Assembly: GCA_963827235.1 (NCBI GenBank) | Contig: CAWHAE010000009.1 | Span: 928,001-992,000, forward strand | DNA: 64,000 nt | DNA from: an uncultured bacterium | GTDB taxonomy: Bacteria; Chloroflexota; UBA5177; JANWHV01 | Direction: 5' to 3' | Shown: positions 10,695-21,200 of the stretch, piece after piece | Numbering within the stretch: the first letter of the stretch is position 1 | How the letters are laid out: every line of letters begins with the position of its first letter | Notes under the pieces: generated by a model | Told to the model about the DNA's origin: nothing | Database searches by the model: none | Seen by the model: only the letters and a program-made list of their open reading frames with translations | Position numbers and translations under genes: made by a program

Positions 10695-11702
10695 ATGGAT
10701 GCCGACGCGCCGCGGGAATCTGCTTCCGCCGTCACCTGTGACGAGGCCCTGAGCCTGTATCTCGATCACCTGACGCTGCGGGGTCGCTCGCCCGCCACGC
10801 TGCGCACCTATGCCTCGTCGATCGGCAGCTTCTTCGGCTTCCTGGCCGGGCGGGGTAACGAGCCGGCCCGCACTGCGGTCTCCGCCGTCAAGACGAGCGA
10901 CGTCTCGGCCTTCCTCCTCTCCGCCACCCGTTCGGGCCGCAAGCCGGCGACGCGCGCCGCCTACCTGACGGCGCTGACCGCCTTCTTCCGCTATCTCATT
11001 CTCAACCACCACTACCCGGGCAGTGTGGAGGAGCTCAAGGACAGACTGGGCGAGCTCACGGTCAAGCCGGCGAGAGGCCGGCCGGCGCCCGATCAGCGGC
11101 TGCCCGCCCTCCTGCGTTGCGCGGCGCAGACGAGCGACGCGGCGAAGAGCGATCGCGCCCGGCTGGTCACCGCCCGCAACCTGGCGATCCTGCACACGCT
11201 GTTTGCCTCCGGCATGCGCGTCTCGGAAGTCTCCAGCCTGTCGCGCCAAGATCTGGACTGGGAACGGAGCCAGGCCCTGATCACCGGAAAGGGCGGGAGG
11301 CAGCGCTTGGTCTTCTTCTCTCCCGAGTCTATCGTGGCCGTCAACGCCTACCTGGATCTGCGCGGCGACGACGGCTTCTCGCCGTTGTTCCTGCACCACG
11401 ACAACGCTCACACCGCGCAATTAGCACGTGAGCGGGCACGCGGCGGGGTTGGGGAGTCTCTGCGGCTCTCACCGCGCCAGATTCAGAGTGTGGTGCGGGC
11501 GCTGGCGCGGAGCGAGGGCATTCGCGCCACGCCGCACAGCTTCCGCCACTACGCGGCCACGGAGCTGTTGAACGATGCGGCAGCGGACATTCGCGACGTG
11601 CAGGAGATTCTCGGGCATGCCAGCCTGGCCACGACACAGATCTACACACACAAGAACGTGACGCGCCTAGCCGCCACGGCTGCCCGCCGATTCGCGAAGT
11701 GA
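10695..11702 (+). CDS. Tyrosine recombinase (XerC/XerD-like)
   Basis: N-terminal SAM-like domain, SGMRVSE, GKGGRQR, HSFRH, LGHASLATTQIY. Confidence 0.9.
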   Translation: MDADAPRESASAVTCDEALSLYLDHLTLRGRSPATLRTYASSIGSFFGFLAGRGNEPARTAVSAVKTSDVSAFLLSATRSGRKPATRAAYLTALTAFFRYLILNHHYPGSVEELKDRLGELTVKPARGRPAPDQRLPALLRCAAQTSDAAKSDRARLVTARNLAILHTLFASGMRVSEVSSLSRQDLDWERSQALITGKGGRQRLVFFSPESIVAVNAYLDLRGDDGFSPLFLHHDNAHTAQLARERARGGVGESLRLSPRQIQSVVRALARSEGIRATPHSFRHYAATELLNDAAADIRDVQEILGHASLATTQIYTHKNVTRLAATAARRFAK

Positions 11703-11854
11703 CCGGAGGCCGGCCTAGCGCCAGTTCTCCCCGGGCATAACCGGCACCCCATGCGTCTCGCGATGCCCGCCGCCTGTCGCCGGGCGGCAAAGCCTACGCG
11801 AGAGTGTGCTATCTTCTGTGCCAGAGAAGCACTTGAGTGTGGAGGGGTGCCAAC

Positions 11855-12772
11855 ATGAACGTCGCGATCATGGTGGAAGGGCAGGCGGGGCTCAACTGGT
11901 CTCGATGGCAGGCGCTCGGGCGGGCGGTAGAGCGGCTGGGTTTCTTCGGCCTCTACCGATCCGATCATTTTACCAATGCCGATCCCCCGGACCAGGATTC
12001 GCTGGAGCTGTGGGTCTCGCTGACCTGGCTGGCGGCTCACACGACGCGTATCGCCTTCGGCCCCCTCGTCTCGCCCGTATCGTTCCGCCATCCTTCGATG
12101 ACCGCGCGCATGGCGGCGGCAGTGGACGACCTCTCGGGAGGGCGCCTGCATCTCGGCCTCGGCGCAGGCTGGCAAGTGCGCGAGCACACCAACTTCGGCT
12201 ACGACCTGCTGCCTGTACCTCAGCGCATGCAGCGCTACCAGGAAGGCCTGGAGGTCGTATCGAGCCTGTTGCGAAGCGACACGCGGGTCACGTTTGCCGG
12301 AGCCTACTATACGCTGCGCGACGCGGTGCTGCTGCCGCGGCCGCAGCGGGCCGGCGGCCCGCCGATCGTGATCGGCGGTAGGCGCGGTGTGCTGCCGCTG
12401 GCGGCGCGCTATGCGTCCGAATGGAACGTGCCCTTTGCCGGTCCTGAAGAGTTCCGCAAGCTGAGCGCGCAGCTCGACACGCTGTTGGCGGATCGGGGCA
12501 GAGATCCCCGCGAGGTGCGCCGCTCGCTGATGACCGGCCTGGTGTTCGGCCGAGATGAGCCGGAGCTGGCCGCCAAGCTGAATCGCGGCGGGCGCACGCT
12601 CGAGGAGGTGCGCAGAAGCGGCGTGATTGCCGGCACGGCCTCTCCAGTTCTGGAGCAGCTCAGCGAGCTGGCAGAGGCTGGCGTGCAGACCGTGATGCTT
12701 CAGTGGATGGACCTCGACGACCTGGCCGGGCTTGAAGCCCTGGCACAGGCGATCTTGCCGCACATGGGTTAA
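11855..12772 (+). CDS. LLM-class putative F420-dependent oxidoreductase
   Basis: EGQAGLNW, YRSDHF, LVSPVSFRHP, DDLSGGRLHLGLGAGW. Confidence 0.9.
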   Translation: MNVAIMVEGQAGLNWSRWQALGRAVERLGFFGLYRSDHFTNADPPDQDSLELWVSLTWLAAHTTRIAFGPLVSPVSFRHPSMTARMAAAVDDLSGGRLHLGLGAGWQVREHTNFGYDLLPVPQRMQRYQEGLEVVSSLLRSDTRVTFAGAYYTLRDAVLLPRPQRAGGPPIVIGGRRGVLPLAARYASEWNVPFAGPEEFRKLSAQLDTLLADRGRDPREVRRSLMTGLVFGRDEPELAAKLNRGGRTLEEVRRSGVIAGTASPVLEQLSELAEAGVQTVMLQWMDLDDLAGLEALAQAILPHMG

Positions 12773-13248
12773 CCCCAGGAGTGTGAATCACACGCTGCTC
12801 AGCGCAGCATTACTCCGGTAGGCGGCGCGACCGGGGGCCGATCCGTGCCACGCGGTAATTGTCAAGGGGTCTTCGTCACGTATCCGCTGGGAGTGGCGAC
12901 TGTTGAACTCGATGACCATGCGTACCGGGTTTACTCCCCACTTTGGGGATTCATTCCTAGACAGAAGCGTGAGTATGATAATGATGTTGAGGCCGGGTGA
13001 GACCAGAGGTGGAAGGTTCACCGCCGGAGCAGCGATACGGGCTCTTCAGATCCTCGTACCGGGGAGGGTGCGGGTTCTGGGGGTTCGGCGGATTCGTGAT
13101 CGCTCGGCCTTCGACCGTACGAGGACGTGGCGGTGGGCGTCGAACGCCAAGTGGTAGAAAGACCCGGGGCGGCTTCGTTCGGTTTCTTGTGCACGTGCGC
13201 CGCGCCTGCATCGGCAGACGCCGGATTGCCTTGAAGGAGAATGCGTCG

Positions 13249-13704
13249 GTGTCCATGAATGAGCACGTAGACTTCGATCGGGATGGCTACGATCCGGCTT
13301 CGGCAAACCGCGCTGCGGCCAGCGTCATCCGGCAGCTTGCAGCGCAGCTGGAGAATGCCGGCTTCAAGGCATGCACGGCACGCGCGGGCCGCACGGACGC
13401 AGCAGAGCGGGCGCGCTCGATCGACTTCGCGCTGGTGAATCTGGCCAGTGCCATGTCGGAGATGGAAGTGGCCGGTCTGGTCAATGCCCTGCGCTACGCC
13501 GCCAATGCCACCCAAGAAGAGCACGTGTGCGAGTTCTGTGGCTGCCCGACCGAGCCCTGGTCGATGTTGCTGTGCGATTCGCGTGACGACGACGACAACG
13601 GCGCCCTGATTCTGCACTCGTGGGACCAGTACGGCTACACGCTGTGCAAGAGCTGCCACATGGCAGTTCGCCAGGCGCGCTGGCAGGCATCCGCCCAGAT
13701 GTAG
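13249..13704 (+). CDS. Hypothetical protein with C-terminal CxxC...CxxC zinc-binding motif
   Basis: AAGGAG RBS before GTG 13249; CEFC and CKSC motifs. Confidence 0.6.
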   Translation: MSMNEHVDFDRDGYDPASANRAAASVIRQLAAQLENAGFKACTARAGRTDAAERARSIDFALVNLASAMSEMEVAGLVNALRYAANATQEEHVCEFCGCPTEPWSMLLCDSRDDDDNGALILHSWDQYGYTLCKSCHMAVRQARWQASAQM

Positions 13705-13934
13705 GCGCCGCGTGGCCGGAGGCCACGTGAGGCTGCCGGGCGCCGGTGCTCGTGAGTGACCGGCCGGCGCGGTGTTCTGGCCCTTCACCCCCAACCCGTT
13801 TGTCCCAGGTTCATGGGTATCCGTGTGACATCCCGCGGTTCACGGCGCGCTGCCGGCAACGGCCGGCCGGGCCATCGGTGTTTCCGGCTGCCCGGTGGAG
13901 CGGCCGAGCGACGCGACGTGGAAGCGATCCGTGA

Positions 13935-13970
13935 ACGAAGCGAGGGGAGCATTCGCTCCCCTCGCTTCGT
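13935..13970. repeat. Perfect 16-bp inverted repeat between convergent genes
   Basis: ACGAAGCGAGGGGAGC-ATTC-GCTCCCCTCGCTTCGT. Confidence 0.85.
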
Positions 13971-14027
13971 CGTGTCGCGTCAAGACGGCCGGTCCACCGG
14001 AGGCGGATCAGGCCGGCAGGCAAGCTC

Positions 14028-15183
14028 CTAGTACAGGAACATCGGCTTGCCAAGGATGTGGGAAACCTTGGCGCGATAGGTCTCGGAGTCGTAGAGCTGG
14101 TCGACGTCCACGCGACGGACACCCGTGCCGATGACATCCAAGGGAACGGTGGTGTAGACGCCTTCGCGCAGGGCAACCATCTGGCCGGTCTGGCCACGCA
14201 GAGCCAGGTCGGCGGCGATGTTGCCGTAGGTGAAGGAGACCATGCGATCGAGCGCATCCGGCGGGCCGGACCGCATCAGGTAGCCGAGAGACTGCTGCAC
14301 GATCTCCTCGCCGGTCAGCGTCTTGAGCATCTCGCCGGTGGCCATACCGATGCCGCCCAGCTTGCGATGGCCGTAAGCATCCTCGGGTCCGGTCTCGTAG
14401 ATGTCGCCGCCGATCATGGTGGCACCCTCGGAGATGGCGATGATCGCGTAGTTGCTCGGATTGCGGCGCTTGTCTTCCATGACGAGCGCGGCGACGCGCT
14501 CAGGATCGAAGGGCACCTCAGGGATCAAGGTGCGGTCGACGTCGCCGAGGTAGCCGGCGATGAGCGCGGTCTCACCGGAGTTGCGTCCGAACAGCTCGAC
14601 CACCGCGATGCGCTCGTGTGAGCCCGGTCGGCGTGCGCAGGTCGTTCATGAAGGCGATGCTGCGGCTGACGGCGGTGGAGAAGCCGATGCAGTAGTCGGT
14701 GCCGAAGACGTCGTTGTCCATGGTCTTCGGGATACCGATCGTGGGGAACTTCTCCTGATGCAGGCGCAGCGCGTAGCTCAGGGTATCGTCGCCGCCGATA
14801 GCCAGGAGGGCGCCGATTTCCAGGTGCTCGAGCACGCGCAAGACGTGATCGGTGCAGTCGGCGATGCCTTTGGGCGAGAAGGCATATTTGCCCTTGAGAA
14901 ACTCGGGTACCTTGCTCTCCGGCACCTTACCCGGGTGGGTACGGGAGCTGTGCAGGAAGGTGCCGCCGGAGCGATCGATCGTGCGCACGTCGTTGCGCGT
15001 GATGGGGCGGATCCATTCGGGCTGGGGTTCCTTCTTATCGGGGTTATAGTTCAGCAGTCCGGCCCAGCCACGCCGGACGCCATACATCTCGATCCCGGCG
15101 TCGGAGATACGGTTCACCGCCGCCTTGATCGCGGGATTCAGACCGGGAACGTCTCCGCCTCCGGTCAGGATGGCCATCTTCAT
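14028..15183 (-). CDS. pfkA: 6-phosphofructokinase (one-base frameshift near 14624)
   Basis: [47 protein letters not shown]. Removing one G restores [17 protein letters not shown]. Confidence 0.9.
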
Positions 15184-15340
15184 ATTGTGTGTGCTCCTTT
15201 ACAGACAAACGGGTGCCACCGGATACTATACGGCATTTGCAAGCTGACTCGTGTTATGCGCGAGCCACCACACAAATGATGGCCTACATCGATGTTGGCG
15301 GCAAGCGCCCGATTGGTATACTGACATCACAATCAGGCAC

Positions 15341-15570
15341 GGCGTGATGCGGTCCCACTTCGAGACGGCGAGGGACTTGCGGCCGACGCCGGGTGCATGG
15401 CGTTGTCATTGGCGGTGCTGACTCCGCGGGGCATAGGCATCCGGAGTGATGGCAGCCCGCGGGTGCCGCGGTGCCGGGAGCCTGCAGACGCCGGCCGTGG
15501 ACGAGCTGGTAGCTTCGACCGGCACGCATTCCGTCCCCGGGCAGGTGACCGAGCCCGGGGCTTTTTTCGT
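15341..15570 (+). promoter_or_regulatory. Attenuator-type leader of glyQS (T-box-like, non-canonical)
   Basis: Terminator CCCCGGGC/GCCCGGGG followed by TTTTTT (15535-15567) just before the gene; CGTCCC element as in the leuS T-box; canonical GGTGGNACC absent. Confidence 0.5.
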
Positions 15571-15594
15571 TATGTAGTGGATTGAAGGCCGGAG

Positions 15595-16959
15595 ATGACA
15601 GCAGAAACCACGGAGCGCGGCAGCGTGGAGCTTCCCGAAGGGACGGAGCTGCTCGAGCGGCTCATGTCGCTCTGCAAGAGACGCGGGTTCGTATACCAGA
15701 ACAGCGAGATATACGGCGGCGTGGCCGGTCTCTACGACTTTGGCCCGCTCGGGGTAGAGATGCGCCGAAACCTCAAGAACTTGTGGTGGACGTTCATGGT
15801 GCAGACTCGCGAGAACACGGTCGGCATCGAAGGCGCCATCCTGACGCATCCGCGCGTGTGGGAGGCCAGCGGCCACGTCGAGAACTTCAGCGATCCGCTC
15901 GTGGACTGCAAGTCGTGCCGGCATCGCTTCCGCTCGGACCACCTGATGGAGGCCAACGGCGGCGTCATGCCCACGAAGTGCCCGGACTGCGGCGGCGAGC
16001 TCACGGAGCCCCGCCGCTTCAACCTGCTGATGGAGACCGAGCTGGGCGTGGTCGAGGGCGAGCGCATGAGGACGTACCTGCGCGGCGAGGCCTGCCAGAA
16101 CATCTATCTCGACTGGGACAACGTGATGAAGTCCACGCGCGTGCGCATTCCCTTTGGCATCTGCCAGATCGGGAAGGCGTTTCGCAACGAAGTGACGCTC
16201 GGGCCCTTCATCATGCGCCAGCGCGAGTTCGAGCAGTGGGATCTGCAGTTCTTCGTACACCCCAGCGAGATGGAGAAGTGGTTCGCCTACTGGCAGGAAG
16301 AGCGCAGCGGATGGTGCCGAGGGCTCGTCAATCGAGCCGATCGCGTGCGCCTGCGCGAGCACTCGCCGGATGAGCTGGCTCACTATGCCAAGCGGGCGAC
16401 CGACATCGAGTACTTCGTGCCCGGCATGGGCTGGAAGGAATGGGAAGGCATCCACTGGCGTGGCGATTGGGATCTCAGCCGGCACGCGCAGTTCAGCGGC
16501 CAGGACCTGAGCTACACGGACCCGGTGAGCAACGAGCGGTACGTGCCCTGGATCGTAGAGACCTCCGGGGGCGTGGACCGCACGTTCTTCTACCTGCTGG
16601 TGGACGCCTACGACGAAGAGATTGTGAACGGCGAGAAGCGGACCGTGCTGCGGCTGCACAAGAAGGTAGCGCCGTACAAGGTGGCGGTGCTGCCGCTCTC
16701 GAAAAAGCCCGAGCTTACGGGGCCCTCGCGCGAGATCTGGCGCAGCCTGGCGGCCCTGTTCCCGACCGACTACGACGAGACCCAGGCCATCGGGCGACGC
16801 TACCGCCGGCAGGACGAGATCGGCACGCCGTACTGCGTGACGTTCGACTTCCAATCGATCGAGGATCGGGCCGTGACCATCCGGGATCGCGACAGCATGA
16901 CGCAGCGCCGGGTGCCGATCGGCGACCTCACGGCGACGCTGCTGCAAGATCTTGCCTGA
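15595..16959 (+). CDS. glyQS: Glycine--tRNA ligase (homodimeric type)
   Basis: KRRGF..SEIYGG, WEASGHVENFSDP, GKAFRNE, ELAHYAK, IGRRYRRQDEIGTPYC. Confidence 0.96.
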   Translation: MTAETTERGSVELPEGTELLERLMSLCKRRGFVYQNSEIYGGVAGLYDFGPLGVEMRRNLKNLWWTFMVQTRENTVGIEGAILTHPRVWEASGHVENFSDPLVDCKSCRHRFRSDHLMEANGGVMPTKCPDCGGELTEPRRFNLLMETELGVVEGERMRTYLRGEACQNIYLDWDNVMKSTRVRIPFGICQIGKAFRNEVTLGPFIMRQREFEQWDLQFFVHPSEMEKWFAYWQEERSGWCRGLVNRADRVRLREHSPDELAHYAKRATDIEYFVPGMGWKEWEGIHWRGDWDLSRHAQFSGQDLSYTDPVSNERYVPWIVETSGGVDRTFFYLLVDAYDEEIVNGEKRTVLRLHKKVAPYKVAVLPLSKKPELTGPSREIWRSLAALFPTDYDETQAIGRRYRRQDEIGTPYCVTFDFQSIEDRAVTIRDRDSMTQRRVPIGDLTATLLQDLA

Positions 16960-16985
16960 AGCGGTGCACCGACCGACGAGATAAC

Positions 16986-17045
16986 AGGTTAGCGCACCCG
17001 TCACACGGCCGGCTCGAGTCGGCCGTGTGACGGGTGCGCTAACCT
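16986..17045. repeat. Perfect 26-bp inverted repeat downstream of glyQS
   Basis: AGGTTAGCGCACCCGTCACACGGCCG-8 nt-CGGCCGTGTGACGGGTGCGCTAACCT. Confidence 0.9.
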
Positions 17046-17125
17046 TGCGACCGGACGGGTCCCCAGGTCCTCGGGCAGCCTCTCGTGCACATCGGTGTTT
17101 GTCCGTCACGGCTTGGCGACCGCCG

Positions 17126-17374
17126 CTACTCCTGACCCGCTTGTCTCTCTTCCTCTGCCTCACCATCATCGCACGCGCCGCCGGCTTGAGTAGCGGGTCC
17201 GGCTTGCCACGCCGGCTCACCAGCTATTGAGCGAACGTGCCGCAGCAACGCCTCGAGGTCTGCAAACTCCACCGCGTCCCCGTGGCCGAGGTGAACCATC
17301 TGGCACCTCCATTGCAGCCCGTCGACTCCGTTGCTCCGCCAGAAGCGCAGGACATAAGCATCGTATCTGCTCAT
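17126..17374 (-). CDS. Small hypothetical protein
   Basis: AAAGG RBS; AYVLRFW...WRCQMVH...FADLEALL pattern resembles small proteins I recall next to Chloroflexota regulators. Confidence 0.65.
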   Translation of the reverse strand: MSRYDAYVLRFWRSNGVDGLQWRCQMVHLGHGDAVEFADLEALLRHVRSIAGEPAWQAGPATQAGGACDDGEAEEERQAGQE

Positions 17375-17721
17375 CGCCCTTTTCCATCATCTCGGTGCGC
17401 GCGATTGTCCCTCCAATCACACTACTTGCCGATTCGTATATCGTCGTTGCAGATCAGGCGATTGTGCTCTCGGCAGATCTTGTGTCCGCCCGTCACGCTT
17501 GTGTAGCGCCTGGCATCCTATACACAGGCCAAGGTGGAACCGGCTAGGGCGGAGAGAGCTTCGGGCCTGGCAGCACGTGCAGGCGCGTCCCCGGAGGCTC
17601 CCCGGGACGAAACCCTGGGCATGGGGTGCACCTTCGATGCGCTCACCGCCACTGAGGGTCCCGGCGTGGCTTAACGTCTATGGATAGGGACTGCTGAGAA
17701 TCTGGCCGGGAGGCCTGCACC

Positions 17722-20700
17722 ATGGGGAGCTGCGTTTCCGCCCATCCGGCAAGCCGTGTGACGTACAGCCAGCAGTTTCGGCGCTGCAACAAGCCAGGCT
17801 GCCCGACCTGCGAGCTGGGATCGCCAGGCCACGGACCCTATTGGTACGCGTTCTGGCGTGAAGGCGGTCGTCGACGCTCGCGCTATGTGGGAAAGCAGCT
17901 GCCACCGGAGGCCGTGGCCGAAGCACCGTCGCAAACCACGCAGGCAAGCGATTCCCTCTACGCGCCTCTTCGTGTACGGACGCTTGGCGGTTTCGCCGTC
18001 TGGCGTGGCCCAGCTCGGTTGCCTGACGACGCGTGGGCGCAACGCAAGGCGGCAACGCTGTTGAAGTGCCTGCTCAGCGTGCCACGACACCGGATGCACC
18101 GTGAACGTCTTGCCGATATGCTCGGCCTGACGGACGAGCCTGTCGCAGCGGCGACGTATCTTCGCACGACTATCCACAGATTGCGCAAGATACTTGGGCA
18201 GCGCGCGGGTGGCCAGGGCTACGTGCGCCTGGACGGTGACCTGGTCTCGCTGGCACCTTCGCCGGACAGCCCATCGGATGGCGACTGGCTCGATGCGCTG
18301 GCATTCGAGCGGGCGGCAGCAGCGGCGCTGCACCGCGGAGACGCCGCGGCATGCCGGAAAGCGTTGGCGCTCTATGGCGGCGAGTTTCTCCCGGATGACC
18401 TCTACGACGAATGGGCGGTCACCCGGCGGGAGGAGCTGCGCCAACAGTACGTGGCAGTTCTGCTCCGGCTCGCCGGCTTACGCGAGCGAGACGGCGTTCT
18501 GGCTGAGGCGGCGCGATGCCTCCGCGGGATTCTGGCGCTCGATCCGTGCCACGAGACGGCGGCACAGGCTCTCATGCGCGTGCAGCTGTCGGCAGGCCTA
18601 GCGCCCGAGGCGGTTCGCACATATCACAGGCTGGCTGAAGCGCTTCGGCGCGATCTGGACATGGAGCCGGATGCGGAGTCGGAGACGCAATACCGCACGG
18701 CCCTTGCAAGCCGCAAAGAGGCCGCCGCACGCCGGTCGAACCTGCCGACGCTGTTGACGAGCTTCCTTGGCCGCGAGCGCGAGCTTGCCGCTCTGCAGCG
18801 GTTGTTCGCCGACGAAGCGGACGCGACAGGTTCCCCTACATGCCGGCTGCTTACCCTGACGGGTGCAGGCGGCTGCGGCAAGACGCGGTTGGCAATCGAG
18901 TTCGGCCACGAGCTACGCAGCGCGTTTGCAGACGGCCTCTGGATGGTGGAGCTCGGCGGACTGACGCCAAACAACGAGCCGGATGCCGATCTTGTTGCAC
19001 GCCAGGCCGCGGAAGCGGCGGGAGTGCGTCTCGACCCGGGGTTGTCTGCGCGGCAGGCGCTTGCTGCCGCACTGCAATCCCGTCGAGTACTGTTCATCCT
19101 CGACAACTGCGAGCACATGATCCCGGCCAGCGCCCAATTCGTCGTCACGGTCTTGCAGCAATGTCCGGACATGCGGATCCTGGCTACAAGCCGGGAAGCG
19201 CTCGGCGTGATCGGGGAGACGGTTTGGCGCCTGTCCTCACTGTCAGTGCCACGTGCCCGCCAGGGGGCCGCCCTCGCCGTGCACGAGCTCAGCCACTATG
19301 CCGGCGTGCACCTGCTCGTGGAGCGCGCGCGGCTCGTCGCCCCCGGCTTCGCCTTGACGCTCGACAACTGCCGCGCGGTGGCGGCCATTTGTTCGCGGCT
19401 GGACGGCATCCCACTGGCCATCGAGCTGGCCGCGGCTCGCCTTGGACAGATCTCGCCCAGTGCGCTGGCTGATCGGCTCCACGATAGGTTCCTCCTCCTC
19501 ACGGCAGGAAACCGGGCTGGGTTGCCGCGTCACCGGACGCTGGGCGCCATAATGGATTGGAGCTATGAGCTGCTCGACGATCAGGAGAAGGCCCTCCTGC
19601 GCACACTCTCGGTCTTCGCGGGCGGCTTCACGCTCGAGGCGGTCGAAGCCGTATGTGCGGGCGGCACCCTGAAGACGGCGAGCATCTCCGAATTGATCGC
19701 CCGTTTGGCGAGCAAGTCCCTGCTCCAGATCGACGACCTTCCCGAGCCGTCCTGCCGATACCGCCTACTGGAAACGGTACGCTACTATGCCGCTCAGCGC
19801 CTGCGCGAGCAGGGTGAGGAGATGCGCGCGCGTCGCGATCAACTTCACTGGTGCCTGGACCTGGCCGAGCGTCTACTGCCGCGTCTGGACGGCCGGGACC
19901 GTGTGCTTGTCCTTGAGCAGCTGGAAGCCGAGCACGACAATCTGCGCTCGGCTCTGGAGTGGAGCGTGCGGGAGGGCAACGACTGGGAGGCGGGTTTGCA
20001 GCTGGCGGGCGCACTCTGGCCTTTTTGGTCGGCTCGCAGCCATTGGATCGAAGGCCGTTCCTGGTTATCGGCCGCGCTGGCATGGACAGGAGGCACAGCC
20101 GCCGTCCGGTTGCGAGCGCTGCACGGATTGGGGCACTTTGCCATCAACCAGGGCGACGCCGCGTTCACTCGCTCCGTCTACGAGGAGTACCTTGCGATAG
20201 GTCGGGCAGTGAACAACAACTCGGCCATAGCCAACGCTCTGAACGGGCTCGCCAACGTCGCAAGGTTCCAGGGCGATCGAGAGACAGCAACCGCGCTGTA
20301 CACGGAATCGCTCGAGCGCTACCAAACAACCGGCGATACGACGAATATCGCGAGAGTGTTGCACAACCTCGCCCTCGTGGCACAGGAAGAAGGCGACTAT
20401 GCCCGCGCGATTCGCCTGAACGAGCAGTGCCTGGCGCATCGTCGATTGCTCAACGAACGCCACCACATCGGCTACACGCTGCTCAACCAAGCCGTCTGTA
20501 CCCGCCTGGCAGGCGACTCGCGAAGAGCGGCAGCGCTACTGGAGAGCGTGTTGGTCCGATTTGAGGAGCTCGGCGACGTGGCCGGCAGCTCGGCCGCACA
20601 TAGCGAGCTTGGTCGTATCTGTTGCGACAATGGCGAATTCGCCGAAGCGGCAGCCCACCTATGTGCGAGCCTCGAGGGCTATCGTGCACTTGGCGAGCGC

Positions 20701-20985
20701 CTGTCCATGGCCGAAGTTCTCCAGAATTGGGCGGTGATGACGGCGCTGTGCGGGAATCCCGGGCAAGCGGTGCGCTTGCTGGGCGCGGCGGATTCGGCCC
20801 GTGCCGCGATCGGTCATGCGCTACCTCCTGGTCTGCAACGGGTGTTCGAGGCCGATATCACACTCGCGCGAACCTTGGTGGGCTCGGACGCCGTCTTCGC
20901 GGCGAAGTGGGCGGAAGGCCAATCGGCATCCTTGGATGAGGTGGTCGGCGAGATGCTGACGCACGAAGTAGACGCACGGGCATGA
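17722..20985 (+). CDS. AfsR/SARP-like regulator: DUF6788-like N-terminus, winged helix/BTAD, P-loop ATPase, TPR repeats
   Basis: RCNKPGCPTC...HGPYWY; ALYGGEFL..DLYDEW; SNLP..LTSFLGRE; GAGGCGKT; LDNCEH; LDGIPLAIELAA; C-terminal TPRs. Confidence 0.9.
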   Translation: MGSCVSAHPASRVTYSQQFRRCNKPGCPTCELGSPGHGPYWYAFWREGGRRRSRYVGKQLPPEAVAEAPSQTTQASDSLYAPLRVRTLGGFAVWRGPARLPDDAWAQRKAATLLKCLLSVPRHRMHRERLADMLGLTDEPVAAATYLRTTIHRLRKILGQRAGGQGYVRLDGDLVSLAPSPDSPSDGDWLDALAFERAAAAALHRGDAAACRKALALYGGEFLPDDLYDEWAVTRREELRQQYVAVLLRLAGLRERDGVLAEAARCLRGILALDPCHETAAQALMRVQLSAGLAPEAVRTYHRLAEALRRDLDMEPDAESETQYRTALASRKEAAARRSNLPTLLTSFLGRERELAALQRLFADEADATGSPTCRLLTLTGAGGCGKTRLAIEFGHELRSAFADGLWMVELGGLTPNNEPDADLVARQAAEAAGVRLDPGLSARQALAAALQSRRVLFILDNCEHMIPASAQFVVTVLQQCPDMRILATSREALGVIGETVWRLSSLSVPRARQGAALAVHELSHYAGVHLLVERARLVAPGFALTLDNCRAVAAICSRLDGIPLAIELAAARLGQISPSALADRLHDRFLLLTAGNRAGLPRHRTLGAIMDWSYELLDDQEKALLRTLSVFAGGFTLEAVEAVCAGGTLKTASISELIARLASKSLLQIDDLPEPSCRYRLLETVRYYAAQRLREQGEEMRARRDQLHWCLDLAERLLPRLDGRDRVLVLEQLEAEHDNLRSALEWSVREGNDWEAGLQLAGALWPFWSARSHWIEGRSWLSAALAWTGGTAAVRLRALHGLGHFAINQGDAAFTRSVYEEYLAIGRAVNNNSAIANALNGLANVARFQGDRETATALYTESLERYQTTGDTTNIARVLHNLALVAQEEGDYARAIRLNEQCLAHRRLLNERHHIGYTLLNQAVCTRLAGDSRRAAALLESVLVRFEELGDVAGSSAAHSELGRICCDNGEFAEAAAHLCASLEGYRALGERLSMAEVLQNWAVMTALCGNPGQAVRLLGAADSARAAIGHALPPGLQRVFEADITLARTLVGSDAVFAAKWAEGQSASLDEVVGEMLTHEVDARA

Positions 20986-20999
20986 ACCGGGATCGTGGC

Positions 21000-21200
21000 G
21001 AGGTGCCGCGCTTATACGTTCGCCTCTACAGGTACGCCTGCACCAACTTTCTCTCTCGCGAGCGGCTCACGGGCGTTCCTCACCATCAACTCGACCACCG
21101 GGGCGGCGAGCGGCACGGTTCCCACGGGCATCAGCTGGCTCAGCTATTCGGTAGAGGCGGCCAATGCCGCGGGATCGGTGACCGCAGGGCCACAGAGTAG
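21000..21200 (+). pseudogene. Isolated putative Ig-domain fragment
   Basis: YTFASTGTPAPTFSLASG..FLTINSTTGAASGTVPTG..SYSVEAANAAGS, without signal peptide or gene context. Confidence 0.5.

Noticed and set aside
10695-11702. Integrase marking a prophage or island
   Set aside because: No att repeat, tRNA or phage genes nearby; flanked by ordinary chromosomal genes.
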